From assembly GCA_963808625.1 (NCBI GenBank), contig CAWEHK010000041.1:55853-119852 (forward strand): DNA of 64,000 nucleotides, read 5' to 3'. The position numbers and the translations under genes were made by a program. Origin of the DNA: an uncultured delta proteobacterium (GTDB lineage Bacteria; Desulfobacterota; Syntrophobacteria; Syntrophobacterales; Syntrophobacteraceae). Below are positions 9,070-20,726 of this stretch, one piece after another (within the stretch, counting starts at the first letter, position 1; each line of letters begins with the position of its first letter). The notes under the pieces were generated by a model. That model was not told the origin of the DNA and did no database searches. It worked only from the letters and a program-made list of their open reading frames with translations.

Positions 9070-11388
9070 TCACAGGCGTTCCCATCGGGTTCCCGTCGTG
9101 GTGTCAAACACCCTGAGTCTGCGCTTTGATAATTCTTCCCTGAGGCGGTCGGCTTCCGCCCATTGTTTTGCCTTCCTCGCATCCTCGCGCCTTTGGATGA
9201 GAGTCGCTTCCTCAGGGGTGCAGAGGCTGGAGCTCCATATCGAAAACACCCATAAGAGCATTCAACTTCTTAAAAACATCCAGAATGTGCTGTCGCTGAG
9301 CCTCGCTAAAGTCTCCCCGATCGAGGATCGGGTTTGTCTGGCGAACAAATTTGAAGAGCGCGGCCAGGGCCGGAGGCATATTCAGATCATCGGCCATGGC
9401 ATCAAGGAAGCTCTGTTCGAGAGCGTAAGTCATCTCCGGGATGACCCGGTTCTCCTGTTCATTGCTTCGGGCATGGTGGACGCGGCTGATGAATTCCTTC
9501 AGGCGTTCGTAGCCGCGTTTGGCATTGAGTATGTTCTCGGAGGTGATATGGATGGGTTTCCGGTAGTGGGTGTTCAGCAGCCAGTAACGGATCTCCATGG
9601 CACTGATACCCGGCGGCAAGGAATTCTCTGACGGAGAGGTTCTCATCGAGATGGCCTTCGTTCCTTCTCCTGCTGTGAAGACCAGATCCGTTCGCAGAGC
9701 ATCCAAACATTGGCAAAGGGCTTCCCGGTTATCGCCTCGCCGATCTCGCGCAGATTTTCCAGGTGGGGGAAGAGGAAGTCCACGCTGCTGACGTGAATGT
9801 CGATGGGCGATCCCAGGTCGTGAATGGCAACCGAGGCGGCAGCGATGTGCCACGTGGGGAGGACGTTTCCCCAGTCCGTTTTCAAAAAGACCCCCTGTTT
9901 GAGCTCGGCTAACGTGGATCGCTTGAGCAGAGTAAAATCCCGTGGATTGAGCTTTTCATAGGCCTCCAGATCCACGGTCTTGCCGAGATGGATTTTCTTG
10001 GGGTCGACCCGGGAAAGGACCCCATAGTTGCTGCTCTTGGAAAGATCGAAGTAAACGGAGCGCAGCTTCTCGTAGGCGAGGCCTTTACTCATCAGAGACC
10101 TGGTGAATTGGATAATGGTATCAATATGTTCCGTGGTCCGGGGACAGGAATAGGTGCGCTGGATCCCAATCTGATCGAGGTCGCTGAAGAAATGCTCCAG
10201 TTGCTGCTGGGCATAGGCAGCGTGTTCCATGCCCGCCGTTCGTGATTCCTGGATGGCGCTGCTGTCGAGATCGGGCGCCAGGATTACCTCGTTTACGGAA
10301 AAGTTCTTCACCCTGAGGAAACGGGTGAGAAGATCGGCCAGCAGAAAGCGACGCAATTCCTGCAATGAAAGAAGCTTGTCCAGGGGAGGGCCGGTCACGA
10401 AAATCCGGACTTTGCCCTCCTGGGCCGGTTTGAAGTCGATCTTTTCCCGCCGCAGCAGATCATAAAAGCGAAAGTCCGGCTCAAGCAGGGTGGTGAAGAG
10501 GTTGGTGCTGAGATAACGATCGCCGCCGTCGGGGAGAATGGCTACGATGATCCCCTCTTCACGTTCCATCGCCAGCTTCACGGCAGCGGCCATGGCCGCC
10601 CCTGAGCTCATCCCGGCAAAGATCCCTTCTTCTCTCGCCAGACGCCGGGCCATCTCGAACGCTTCGTCGTCCTTCACGTTGATGATGCCGTCCAGGGCAT
10701 GGCGGTCAAAGATGCCGGGGACGTAAGATTCCTTCATGTTTTTTAGACCCTGGATCTTGTGTGCCGGGTAAGGTTCGACACCGAACACCTGGATCGCCGG
10801 GTCCCGCTCCTTCATCGCCTCGAGGATGCCCATGGCGGTGCCCGTGGTGCCAAGCGTGACGACCACGGCGTTGACTTTGCCTTCCGTTTGCTCGTAGATC
10901 TCCGGACCGGTCTTCTCGTGATGAGCGGCGGGGTTCGCCGGACTGTTGAACTGGTCGGGCATGAAATAAAGTTCCGGGTTTTCGCGCACCAGGTTGTAGA
11001 CTTCTTCGATGGCGCCGTCCGTACCCTTGCTGCCCGGGGTCAGCAATAATTCCGCACCGAAAGCCTTGAGGATTTTCTGCCGTTCCAGGCTCGCGGTTTC
11101 AGGCATTGCCAGGACGATTCGGTATCCCTTCACCGCCGCAACCATCGCCAGGCCGATGCCGGTATTGCCACTGGTGGCCTCAATGATGACCTTATTGGGC
11201 GTGAGCAATGCCTCTCGTTCCGCTGTCTCGATGAGGGACAGGGCCGGCCGGTCTTTGACGGACCCGCCGGGGTTCTTCGCTTCCCATTTGACGTAAAGGG
11301 TGACTCGCGGATTGGGATTCATGCGATTGATACGAATCAGCGGGGTATTGCCGATGGCTTCCAAAACATTGGAGAAGACGTTTTTCAT
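9070..11388 (-). CDS. Cysteine synthase fused to a degenerate cysteinyl-tRNA-synthetase-like module (frameshifts near 9620-9700 and 9215)
   Basis: N-terminal NPGGSVKDR, EATSGNTG, GTTGT, GMSSGA; C-terminal CysRS-like DFTLLK, WHI, FPH, HYRKP, AMADDLN, ARKAKQWAEADRLR. Confidence 0.9.
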
Positions 11389-11537
11389 GGTGACCACATT
11401 TCCTGCTCAGAATTGCACCTCGTCAACCAACCTCAACCAGCATCCACTTTATAGGCAGTCCCACGGTTCGGTGTCAAAGCCTTTCCTCGTTCATGACATT
11501 TTGTAGTAGAATAAATGGGCTGGCTGCATGCGGTGGG

Positions 11538-11654
11538 TAGGGGGCGTCCAAAAATAAAAGGCCTTCTTTTACCACGAAGAACACGAAGGACACGAAGTGA
11601 TTTCTTCGTGCTCTTTGTGTTCTTCGTGGTTCGAAAAAGGGCTGGAATGAGTGC
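11538..11654. repeat. Dispersed palindromic repeat (CACGAAG subunits), copy 1
   Basis: Near-identical to 42814-42920; internal inverted arms accacgaagaacacgaag / ctttgtgttcttcgtggt; half copy near 14414-14440. Confidence 0.85.
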
Positions 11655-11793
11655 AAGTTGTTTTTCGACAGTCTCTTAGCGTTGAAGAGTTTGCGCTTCT
11701 TGGGCTCAGGCGTATTCTCAGCTTTCACTGAGTCTCTACGGTGGAGTCAAGATCGGAGGGTATCAAGGCCCGGGGGCATAGCCATTTCATATT

Positions 11794-12360
11794 ATGGAGG
11801 ACGTGTTGGAATTCCGTTTCTGTCCTTACTGTGGAAGGCCTTTGACACACCGTGCGGGCAAAGAACAGGCCCGTCTTCACTGTGAAACGTGCGGGGAAAC
11901 GTTCTATCGGAACCCAACGGTTGGGGTGGCGGTGGTGATTGTGGAGGAGGGGAGGGTGCTTTTGGTCCGCCGCCTCGGTGTCTATGAAGGAATGTGGTGC
12001 ATCCCCTGCGGCCATGTGGAATGGAACGAAGAGGTCCGCGCGGCGGCGCACCGCGAGTTCCGCGAGGAGACGGGATTGGAGGTTGCGGTTGGGCCGGTTT
12101 TTGCGGTCTATTCGAATTTTCATGATGAACATCGGCAGACGGTGGGTGTCTGGTTCTGGGGAAAGATCAGAGGAGGCGAACTGCGGCCAGGTTCCGACGC
12201 GAGTGAAGCCAGGTTCTTCAACATTCATGCTCTTCCGGAGGCCATGGCGTTCCCGACCGACCGACTGGTCTGCGAGAAATTGGAGCAGGGCATGAGAACC
12301 GGGGGCCTCTCCAGTTGGCTGGCTTCCCACCCGGATCGTGAATGGAAGTCCAGGGCATGA
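11794..12360 (+). CDS. NUDIX hydrolase with N-terminal zinc ribbon
   Basis: CPYC...CETC; GHVEWNEEVRAAAHREFREETGL Nudix box. Confidence 0.92.
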   Translation: MEDVLEFRFCPYCGRPLTHRAGKEQARLHCETCGETFYRNPTVGVAVVIVEEGRVLLVRRLGVYEGMWCIPCGHVEWNEEVRAAAHREFREETGLEVAVGPVFAVYSNFHDEHRQTVGVWFWGKIRGGELRPGSDASEARFFNIHALPEAMAFPTDRLVCEKLEQGMRTGGLSSWLASHPDREWKSRA

Positions 12361-12453
12361 CTTTTGCGATTGACCCATCCGGAAATCTTTGCTAAAGGTT
12401 TCACGAATTCCAGGAACTGCCGGTAACTGTCATTTTTAACGAGGAGTTGTGTT

Positions 12454-12663
12454 ATGTCACCATTCGGCGAATTCTTGTGTGTAGAGCTCAAACGCAGTGT
12501 CGCCAGCGCGTTGCCTCAGGACATTCCGTGGTACGATCCCAGCCACGCGGTTTTCTTCGGAGCGCTTTACGGCGCTCTGGGCGTGATCGGGCTGGGCCTC
12601 TTGGCCGCGGTTTTGATCACGTTCAAACGGCTGAAACAGGGGGACGAAGGGGGCCACCACTAG
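12454..12663 (+). CDS. Small single-pass membrane protein
   Basis: GAGGAG RBS; LPQDIPWYDPSHAVFFGALY followed by a hydrophobic helix. Confidence 0.7.
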   Translation: MSPFGEFLCVELKRSVASALPQDIPWYDPSHAVFFGALYGALGVIGLGLLAAVLITFKRLKQGDEGGHH

Positions 12664-12715
12664 TCCAGCCGGGCGGAAGTTTCTGGTCAGTTCGGCCACC
12701 ATTCAACCGGATTGT

Positions 12716-12744
12716 GTAGGGGCGACCAGCCGGTCGCCCCTACC
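12716..12744. repeat. GTAG-type REP-like palindrome
   Basis: gtaggggcgacc-agcc-ggtcgcccctac perfect inverted repeat. Confidence 0.8.
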
Positions 12745-13016
12745 AGCCGGAACCAATTAGTGATTTCCGCCCACGCGTACTAGCCGTCTCGTCACCTGCA
12801 CCATCTCCCTTCAGGGGAGGAACATCTTCATCTTTCCAGCATATTGGACATCTGGTACTGGGCGCTCGATCCAGGGTGAGGCTCCCCAGCTTATGGTGAG
12901 CCGGGAGCGCCGGGTACCAGGGCGCCCCTTCCGCTCATCCTTTGACAGCAATTCCACACCGGTTTATGCCCTCATGTAAGGGCGGACCGCCACCCTCTGT
13001 GGCGAGGAGACACCAA

Positions 13017-14381
13017 GTGGACGCGAACACTTTTCGAGAGTATGACATCCGCGGTATTGTGAACGAAGAAATCCTGGACGAGGATGTTTTGGTCCTGGGT
13101 AAAGCTTTCGGCACCTACATGGCTCGGCAACAAAAGAAGTATGTGGTAATAGGGAGGGACTGCCGGCCCAGTTCAGACCGTTATCGGGACCTGCTGCTCG
13201 AGGGGATGCTGACGACCGGCCTCGATGTCGTTGATGTTGGCATGTGCCCGACGCCCGTCTTCTATTTTGCCCTGCGGCATCTGAACCGGGAGGGAGGGAT
13301 GATGATTACCGCAAGCCACAATCCTCCCGAGTATAACGGCTTTAAAATCTGCAACGGTTTCGATACAATCTCCGGAAGCGAAATCCAGAAATTTCGCACC
13401 CTCATGGAACGAGGTTCATTTGAGTCGGGGGTTGGTCAGGTCGCACCTTATGACATCGTGACTCCCTACATCGACTTTATTGTCGGCAATATCAGCCTGA
13501 AGCGCCGCTTGCGAGTCGGCGTTGATGCCGGCAATGCGACCGCCGGGCCGGTGATTTTGCCCATTCTTCAGAGACTGGGCTGCGAGGTGTTCCCGCTTTA
13601 CTGTGAGGTGGATGGCACCTTTCCCAATCACGAACCGGACCCGACGGTGCTCGAAAATCTGAGAGACTTGAGCGCGCTGGTCAAGAGGGAAAATCTGGAC
13701 GTGGGCGTCGCCTACGATGGGGACAGCGACCGGCTGGGAGTGGTCGACCATCGTGGAGAGCCCGTTTTCGGCGACAAGTTGATGATTATCTTCGCTCGCG
13801 AAATCCTTTCGCGACGCCCCGGGGTGACTTTCATTTCGGAGGTGAAGTGTTCGCAAACCCTTTATGATGACATAAGAAAACATGGCGGGAAGGCGATCAT
13901 GTGGCGCACGGGCCACTCCCTGATGAAAGCGAAGTTGAAAGAAGAGGATGCAGCGCTTGCCGGAGAGATGAGCGGTCACATGTTCTTCAAAGATCGTTTT
14001 CCTGGCTTTGACGACGGGCTGTATGCTTCCTGCCGGCTGTTTGAAATCCTTGCCAGTACCGGAAAGACCATACCCGAACTGCTCGAGGGAGTACCCGCCA
14101 CGTATACCACGCCTGAGATCAGGGTACCGTGCCCCGACGCGATCAAGTTTGACGTGGTGGAGAGAGCGAAATTGCTGTTTCGATCCAGGAACTTGGATAT
14201 CATCGAAGTCGACGGCGCGCGGATCGTTTTTGAAGATGGCTGGGGGCTGGTGCGCGCCTCCAACACGCAGCCCGTCCTGGTGCTGCGCTATGAAGCCGGC
14301 ACTCCCGAGCGCCTGAACGAGATCCGTGATTTGGTGGAAGGAACCATCGAAGAGGCAAAAGGAGAGGTCGCAGCAAGATAA
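13017..14381 (+). CDS. Phosphomannomutase/phosphoglucomutase
   Basis: FREYDIRG, TASHNP, DGDSDR, GEMSGH, LVRASNTQP. Confidence 0.95.
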   Translation: MDANTFREYDIRGIVNEEILDEDVLVLGKAFGTYMARQQKKYVVIGRDCRPSSDRYRDLLLEGMLTTGLDVVDVGMCPTPVFYFALRHLNREGGMMITASHNPPEYNGFKICNGFDTISGSEIQKFRTLMERGSFESGVGQVAPYDIVTPYIDFIVGNISLKRRLRVGVDAGNATAGPVILPILQRLGCEVFPLYCEVDGTFPNHEPDPTVLENLRDLSALVKRENLDVGVAYDGDSDRLGVVDHRGEPVFGDKLMIIFAREILSRRPGVTFISEVKCSQTLYDDIRKHGGKAIMWRTGHSLMKAKLKEEDAALAGEMSGHMFFKDRFPGFDDGLYASCRLFEILASTGKTIPELLEGVPATYTTPEIRVPCPDAIKFDVVERAKLLFRSRNLDIIEVDGARIVFEDGWGLVRASNTQPVLVLRYEAGTPERLNEIRDLVEGTIEEAKGEVAAR

Positions 14382-14461
14382 TTTGACCGTGTAGGAATTT
14401 GCATTCTTTTTTGACCACGAAGGACACGAAGAGCACGAAGAAGATCATATCGGGAATACCA

Positions 14462-15455
14462 TTGAGAAATCGCAATCAGAAGATCGGCTGTGTCGTCACC
14501 GGCGCGGCGGGTTTTGTGGGCAGCCATCTTGCCGAACGACTTCTGTCAGAAGGCTATCATGTTGTTGGGGTGGACAACTTCTTTTCCGGCCGCCGGGAAA
14601 ACCTGACTTCATTATTGGCACATCCTGATTTTTCGTTTCATGAGCGCTCCGTCACCGAGGCCGGCCTGCTGAGGGACCTTAAAGCTCAATACCCCGAACT
14701 TGAGAGCTGTTTCCATCTGGCCGCCATTGTCAGCGTGCCCTACTCGGTGAATCATCCCGAAGTCACCATGGAAGTGAATTGTCAGGCCACCATGAACCTG
14801 CTGCGTGAAGCAGAGCAACTGGACTTCAGGAGTTTTGTCTTTGCCGGGTCTTCGGCGGAGTATGGAGATGAGCAACGATTGCCGCTCAAGGAAGAATATG
14901 CCACAGCAGGCACGAGGCATCTGAGCGCTTATGGTCGTTCAAAATATCTGGCTTCGCGGGAAGTTGCCGCGAGCCGCTGTGGTGTTGCGTTGCGCTGTTT
15001 CAACATTTACGGACCGAGACAGGACCCGACAAGTCCTTACAGTGGCGTGATCTCCCGGTTTGTCACCCTGGCCCTGCGGCAGCAGCCCCTCACCATTTTC
15101 GGAGATGGCCTCCAGACCCGTGATTTCATCTACGTGTCGGATGTGGTGGAAGCTTATCTCTTTGCAGCGAACGTGTGCAGCGAATCACTAAAGGCAGAGA
15201 AGGACGTATACAATATCGGGACGGGCCAAAGCACGACCATTGTGGAACTGGCCAAAGCCATAAATACCTTGGTTGGAGAATCATGCAGAGGTGGCCTTTT
15301 GCCCGGAGCGACCCGGAGATATTCGTTTTTCTGTGGCGTCCGTGGAGGCCTTTGGCAAGGCCGCCGGGTGGGCGCCCCGGGTATCACTCCGCGAGGGGCT
15401 GGGGAAAACCATCGCGTGGGCCGGAGGGTCTCGAAAAGTGGTGCTGCAGCCATAG
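14462..15455 (+). CDS. NAD-dependent epimerase/dehydratase (frameshift near 15280)
   Basis: TGAAGFVGSH, HLAA, YGRSK, FNIYGPRQDP, GDGLQTRDF, ERPGDIR. Confidence 0.9.
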
Positions 15456-15465
15456 CCGGCTGTTG

Positions 15466-16245
15466 TCACCACGTCTTCCGAATCTTAACACCTTGTTCCT
15501 GAAGGAACTCCTTGATCGTCCTGATCGAATAAGTGCCGTAGTGAACCATCGAGGCGATCAAAGCCGCATCGGCGCGCCCTTCCGACAGCACGTCGAAGAG
15601 GTGTTGCGGCTCCCCGGCGCCGCCGGAGGCAATGACCGGGATGCGCACCTGCGATGAAATCAGCCGGGTGAGAATGAGCTCATAACCGTTTTGCGTGCCG
15701 TCCGCATCAATGGAGTTGAGGCAGATTTCGCCGGCCCCGAGCCGTTCCGCTTCCTGTGCCCACCAGAGGGCATCGATCCCCATGGCAGTGCGCCCACCGT
15801 TGATAACCACCTCATATCCCGAAGGGATCTTCACTGATGACGGGACCTGCTTCACATCCATGCCGAGCACGATACATTGACTTCCAAATGCTCTCGCTCC
15901 CTGCCGGATAATTTCCGGATTGAGCACCGCCGCCGAATTGACGCTCACTTTTTCGGCACCCGCAAGCAGGACATCCCGCATGTCTTCAAGGGTGCGAATG
16001 CCGCCACCAACGGAAAATGGGATGAAAATGGTTGCGGCGACCCTTCTCACGACATCCAGCATGATGGGGCGCCGGTCGCTCGATGCCGTGATGTCGTAGA
16101 AGACGATTTCATCGGCGCCTTCCTCGTAATAGTAGCGGCCCATCTCAACCGGATCGCCAATGTCAATATTATCTCTAAACTTGATCCCCTTGGTGGTCCG
16201 TCCATCCCGGACGTCCAGACAGGGGATGATCCGTTTACTCAGCAT
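15466..16245 (-). CDS. hisF: Imidazole glycerol phosphate synthase cyclase subunit
   Basis: [39 protein letters not shown]. Confidence 0.97.
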   Translation of the reverse strand: MLSKRIIPCLDVRDGRTTKGIKFRDNIDIGDPVEMGRYYYEEGADEIVFYDITASSDRRPIMLDVVRRVAATIFIPFSVGGGIRTLEDMRDVLLAGAEKVSVNSAAVLNPEIIRQGARAFGSQCIVLGMDVKQVPSSVKIPSGYEVVINGGRTAMGIDALWWAQEAERLGAGEICLNSIDADGTQNGYELILTRLISSQVRIPVIASGGAGEPQHLFDVLSEGRADAALIASMVHYGTYSIRTIKEFLQEQGVKIRKTW

Positions 16246-16279
16246 GCGATATCCTTCACTTTTTCAGAATTCTAGATTT

Positions 16280-16350
16280 CACCGCAGAGACGCAAGAGCG
16301 CAGAGAGGATCGGCGGGACGAATCTCTGCGATCTCTGCGTCTCTGCGGTG
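16280..16350. repeat. Palindromic CGCAGAG-subunit repeat between hisH and hisF
   Basis: caccgcagagacgca...tgcgtctctgcggtg; related copy at 48698-48768. Confidence 0.75.
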
Positions 16351-16382
16351 GAAACACAGAACTATAACCCTCACGGATGCTT

Positions 16383-17017
16383 TCAGTCATCAAGCCCATT
16401 CCATTGGCAAAAATTGCGCAGGATCTGCAGTCCCGGGGCCCGCTCTTTTCCGGATGAAACTGGACGGCCACCAGATTGCGACGCGCCACAGCCGAACTGA
16501 AAGTGATTCCGTATTGGGTGATTCCCACGGCACACGCCAAATCACTGGCTTCGGGATAATAGCTATGGACAAAATAGAACTCGCTCCCTCGCGGTAACTC
16601 CCGGAACACCGGATGTTCCCGGGTGAAGACCACCTCGTTCCAGCCCATGTGAGGAATTTTCAGAGGGTCGCCATTTTCATCGCGGAGTTCTTCCGGAAAC
16701 AGCCGCACTTTTCCCGGCAGGATGCCGAGACATTGCGTATCGTTTTCTTCACTGTAGTCAAAAAGCACCTGTAACCCCACGCAAATGCCCAAAACCGGCA
16801 CTCCGGCTTCCAGCCGCTCGCGAAGCAGCGAGTCCAGACCCAGCTCTCGCAGGTCCTGCATGGACTTTCCGGCCGCGCCAACGCCCGGAAAAATGATCCG
16901 TTCCGCAGCCCTGATCCGTTCTGCAGAATGGGTGATTTCGCAGGCAAACCCGAGAAAGCGCAAAGCCCTTTCCACGCTCGTCAGATTGCCGGCCCGATAA
17001 TCCAAAATGGCGATCAC
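16383..17017 (-). CDS. hisH: Imidazole glycerol phosphate synthase glutaminase subunit (frameshift near 16435)
   Basis: DYRAGNL, PGVGA, GICVG, PHMGWN, YFVHSY, QFHPEKS. Confidence 0.95.
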
Positions 17018-17146
17018 ATGTAACTCCTCTCGACAGCTGGTTGCGATTACGCTCGAATGAGCGTCCTAAATATGCAATATCATTTCTCCAGGTCAAGGAA
17101 ATAAAGGGCGGGCATGCTTTCGCTCATAACGCTGGTGATAAATCTT

Positions 17147-17175
17147 TTGACATGACTTCATCCGGTGTGCAAGAT
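17147..17175 (+). promoter_or_regulatory. Possible sigma70 promoter of the glnD-like gene
   Basis: TTGACA-17 nt-CAAGAT. Confidence 0.4.
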
Positions 17176-17324
17176 GCGCCTTAGAGCCGATGCAGGGCCT
17201 TGCGTGCGCTCGGCGGAGGAAGGAAGCTCTTTTCGCCTGGAGCTATGGTGGCTTGCCCGTGAGCGCAGCCCTGTAACGGATGTTGATTCACTCAATGCGC
17301 CTGAATGAAGGTGAGGAAAACGTC

Positions 17325-19984
17325 ATGCAAAATATTTCTGAATCCCTGAAAAGACAGCGCGAACAGGTCCTGACCGACAGCAGCGAAGAGATGCTGAGTC
17401 GTCACACCAGCCTTCTCGAAATCGCGGTCATTTCTCTCTACAACCGCATGGTCAACCGCCTGAACCTGGATGCGGAGCAGTTCCGCTCGAGCGGCGCGGT
17501 CTTGGCTGCCGGCGCTCTGGGGCGCGGCTTGCTCGGCCCCAATCAGGCCGTCCCTCTGCTCTTGCTGAGGGCGGAGTCCTCTCCCTGGAAAGAGGAGTGG
17601 ATGGACGAGATTGTTCCCCTTTGGTAGAAGCGGGTTGGATTGTTGACGTTGCAGCAAGGCGCCATCGATTCGCTGCTCGATCGAGCCATAAGGATTTCGG
17701 CTTCTTCCTCGATCTTTTGGAGACCCGGTACATCTCCGGAAACCGCCAGTTGGCGGAGCAACTGGAAAAGGCCCTCGAAACCTTCGTTGAGAGACGCCAG
17801 AACGACCTTCTGAGCGCTCTTTTCGAGTCGGTGCAAGCGCGCCAGGCGCGTCTCGAAGATCCGAAAAGCTGGATGGAACCGGACCTTGATCACAATCCCG
17901 GAGGGCTTTCGGAAATCACGGCGATCCGCGCTGCCTGCCGCATTGCCTCGAACGTCCGCAATCTTGAGGATGCCATTTTTGGTGGATATCTGACACGACA
18001 GGAAGTGGACCTGCTGCAACAGGCTGAAAAAACCTTTGCCCGCCTTTTGAACCTGGTTCGCACCATGAACGGTGCTTCCGCAAGCACTCTTGGCTTCAAC
18101 GAACAGGAAATTCTTGCGGATAAACTGGGTTATCAGGCGCGTTCCGGATTTTTGCCGGTGGAAACCTTCATGCAGCACATTAACCAATTGTTTCACGGGG
18201 TGTTATGTGTTTCGCAGGAGTTCTGGGAGCGTTTGCTGGAGAGCCGTGAAGATGACCGGGGAGGGGAGGACAAGGCCTCGCAGGCTGGTGGAGACCGGAG
18301 TCATGGTGCGCGCGGGGAGAATCCACATCCAGACCGATCGCTATTCCCCCACAGCCGGCCAAATTGTCCACCTGTTTGCCCTGGCGGCAAGGCATGGGAT
18401 GGGCCTGGCCAATGTCACCAGGCAGTGGATCCGGCATCATCGTAATGCCCTGGATACGGCTGCCGGCGAACAAACCGTGCGGGAAGAACTTTTCGCCCTG
18501 CTTCGAGCGGATGCGGCTGGACCTGCACTTTGTGCGCAAGTTTTACAACCAGGGACTCATGCTCTCGCTCGTCCCCGAGCTGTCTGCCATCCATGGTCTG
18601 GTTCAGCACGACGCTTTCCACCTCTATCCGGTGCAGGAACATCATTTTCGAACGCTTGCCGAATTAAAAAAGATCTTCCGCGGGGACTACGCCCAGGCGG
18701 AACCGGAGCTGACGCAAATGGCGCAGGATGTTGAAGATCCGACCATGCTTTATCTGGCCGGACTGGTGCACGATATGGGCAAGAGCTCGGGGCGGGGGCA
18801 TGCCGCTCACGGAGGAGCGATGATTCCCGCTGTTGCCCGACGCCTGGGGTTGAATGCCGAGGAATCCGAGTTTACTCCAGTTCCTGGTGGCTCAGCACCT
18901 GCTGCTCATGGACAACGCCTCGATGAGGGATCTGGGCGATGACGAGATGGTGGCCAACTGTGCCTCCGCTGATCGGGACACCCGAGCGACTGGACCTCCT
19001 CGCCCTGTTGAGCCTTGCCGACATGGTTGCCACCGGCCCCAAGGGCTATCAGAAGTGGCGGGATACCCCGGTGATTGCACTCTCCAGGCGCATCCGCCAT
19101 CTTCTGGAAAAGGGAGAACCCAGCCGCAGGCCATCACCGAGCGCATTGCTCATATCAGAACCCAGGTTGCCAGAGAAGTCGCGGATGTAATGGAACCGGC
19201 GGAACTGGAAGACTATTTCGCCAACCTTGCTCCCCGATATCTGCTTTCCATGCTGCCCGGCACGATCGCCAGGCACCTGCGCATGGAGCGGCAGTTGCGC
19301 CAGTCCGGGGAGCCTTTGGCATGGAGGTGGCTAAGCGAAGGCACGGCCGAGATTACCCTTTTGAGCCAGGAGACGAGCGGCCTGGTATCCCGTTCTGCCG
19401 GCATCCTTACCCTTCACGACATGGACATTCGAGGCGCTCAGGTCTTCGCCATGAACAGCGGCGTACTTATCCTGATCTTTCAGTGTCGCTATGCGGAAAC
19501 ACGTGCCGGGGAACCGGATTGGGATGCCGTGAGGGCGACCTGAAGCGATTGCTGGAGGGGAAGATAGGCGTTAGCTACCGGATTGCGGTCCATGCTGCCA
19601 GCCGCAGGTACGGTCAGCCGGCTCCTGCGAAGGACGCCCAGTCAGGTCCTGATTGATAACGAGTCGAACGCCCGGTACACCATCCTCGAAGTGTACACTC
19701 TCGACCGCGTGGGCTTGCTCTATACCATCACACGCACCCTCTTTGAACTGCAGGTCCGGATATTTGTTGCCAAGATCACGACGAAAGTGGACCAGGTGGC
19801 CGACGTCTTCTATGTCCGAACCAGCCAGGGAGAAAAGATCACGGACCCGGAGCGCATAGAGGAAATACGGAATGCTCTGCGGTTCTGGCTGGATGGGCCG
19901 GACGAGCGAACCGGAGGAAGAGGAGAATTGACATGGAAGGCGTCTTACTGGAGCGGGATGGACCGCTTGCGTGCCTGGTTTTGA
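17325..19984 (+). CDS. glnD: GlnD-like protein (degenerate nucleotidyltransferase, HD, two ACT domains); multiple frameshifts
   Basis: EPDL..NPGGL, H.YPVQEH, LVHDMGK, IRGAQVF, IDNESNARYTILEVYTLDRVGLL..AKITTKVDQVADVFYV. Confidence 0.85.
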
Positions 19985-20709
19985 ATCGACCCGAGAAGCG
20001 CAATGCCCTCTCCCTCGAAATGATGGCGGAAGTGGTCGAGAGGCTGGGTGAAATTGCCGAAGATCGGACCATTCGGGTGGTGGTGGTTCGGGGTAATGGG
20101 CCAATCTTCAGTGCCGGCCACGACCTGAAGGAGATGGCAGACCACCGGGACGATCTGCACTACATGCGCAGCATTTTTGCCACCTGCAATCGCATGATGC
20201 TGAGACTGCACGAACTGCCCCAGCCGGTGATCGCCCAGGTGCATGGCATTGCCACTGCGGCCGGCTGTCAGATGGTGGCCGCCTGCGACCTTGCCATTGC
20301 TGAAGCGGGCGCTCGCTTTGCCACGCCGGGAGTCCATATCGGCCTTTTTTGCACGACCCCGATGGTGCCCCTGGTCCGCGTTATAGGCAGGCGGCGAGCC
20401 ATGGAGATGCTCTTGAGCGGCCGCTTCATTTCGTCGGAGGAGGCGCTTGATTACGGCCTCGTCAATCGCGTCGTTCCGCCCGATCAGTTGCCCGAAGCAA
20501 CCCGCAAGTGGGCCCTGGAGATAGCCCAGTTCAGCGGTTTCACGCTGGCTCTCGGGAAGCGGGCGTTCTACCAGCAGATCGACCTCGATGAAAAATCGGC
20601 TTATGCCTACGCCGGGGAAGTGATCGCGATGAACTGCCGGGCCGAGGACGCCGCCGAAGGCATGAACGCCTTTCTGGAAAAGCGCAAGCCCCAGTGGCGT
20701 GACCGCTAG
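19933..20709 (+). CDS. Enoyl-CoA hydratase/isomerase family protein
   Basis: LNRPEKRNAL, FSAGHDL, ATAAGCQ, EGMNAFLEKRKP. Confidence 0.93.
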   Translation: MEGVLLERDGPLACLVLNRPEKRNALSLEMMAEVVERLGEIAEDRTIRVVVVRGNGPIFSAGHDLKEMADHRDDLHYMRSIFATCNRMMLRLHELPQPVIAQVHGIATAAGCQMVAACDLAIAEAGARFATPGVHIGLFCTTPMVPLVRVIGRRRAMEMLLSGRFISSEEALDYGLVNRVVPPDQLPEATRKWALEIAQFSGFTLALGKRAFYQQIDLDEKSAYAYAGEVIAMNCRAEDAAEGMNAFLEKRKPQWRDR

Positions 20710-20726
20710 GGTGACGTGCGGCTCCG

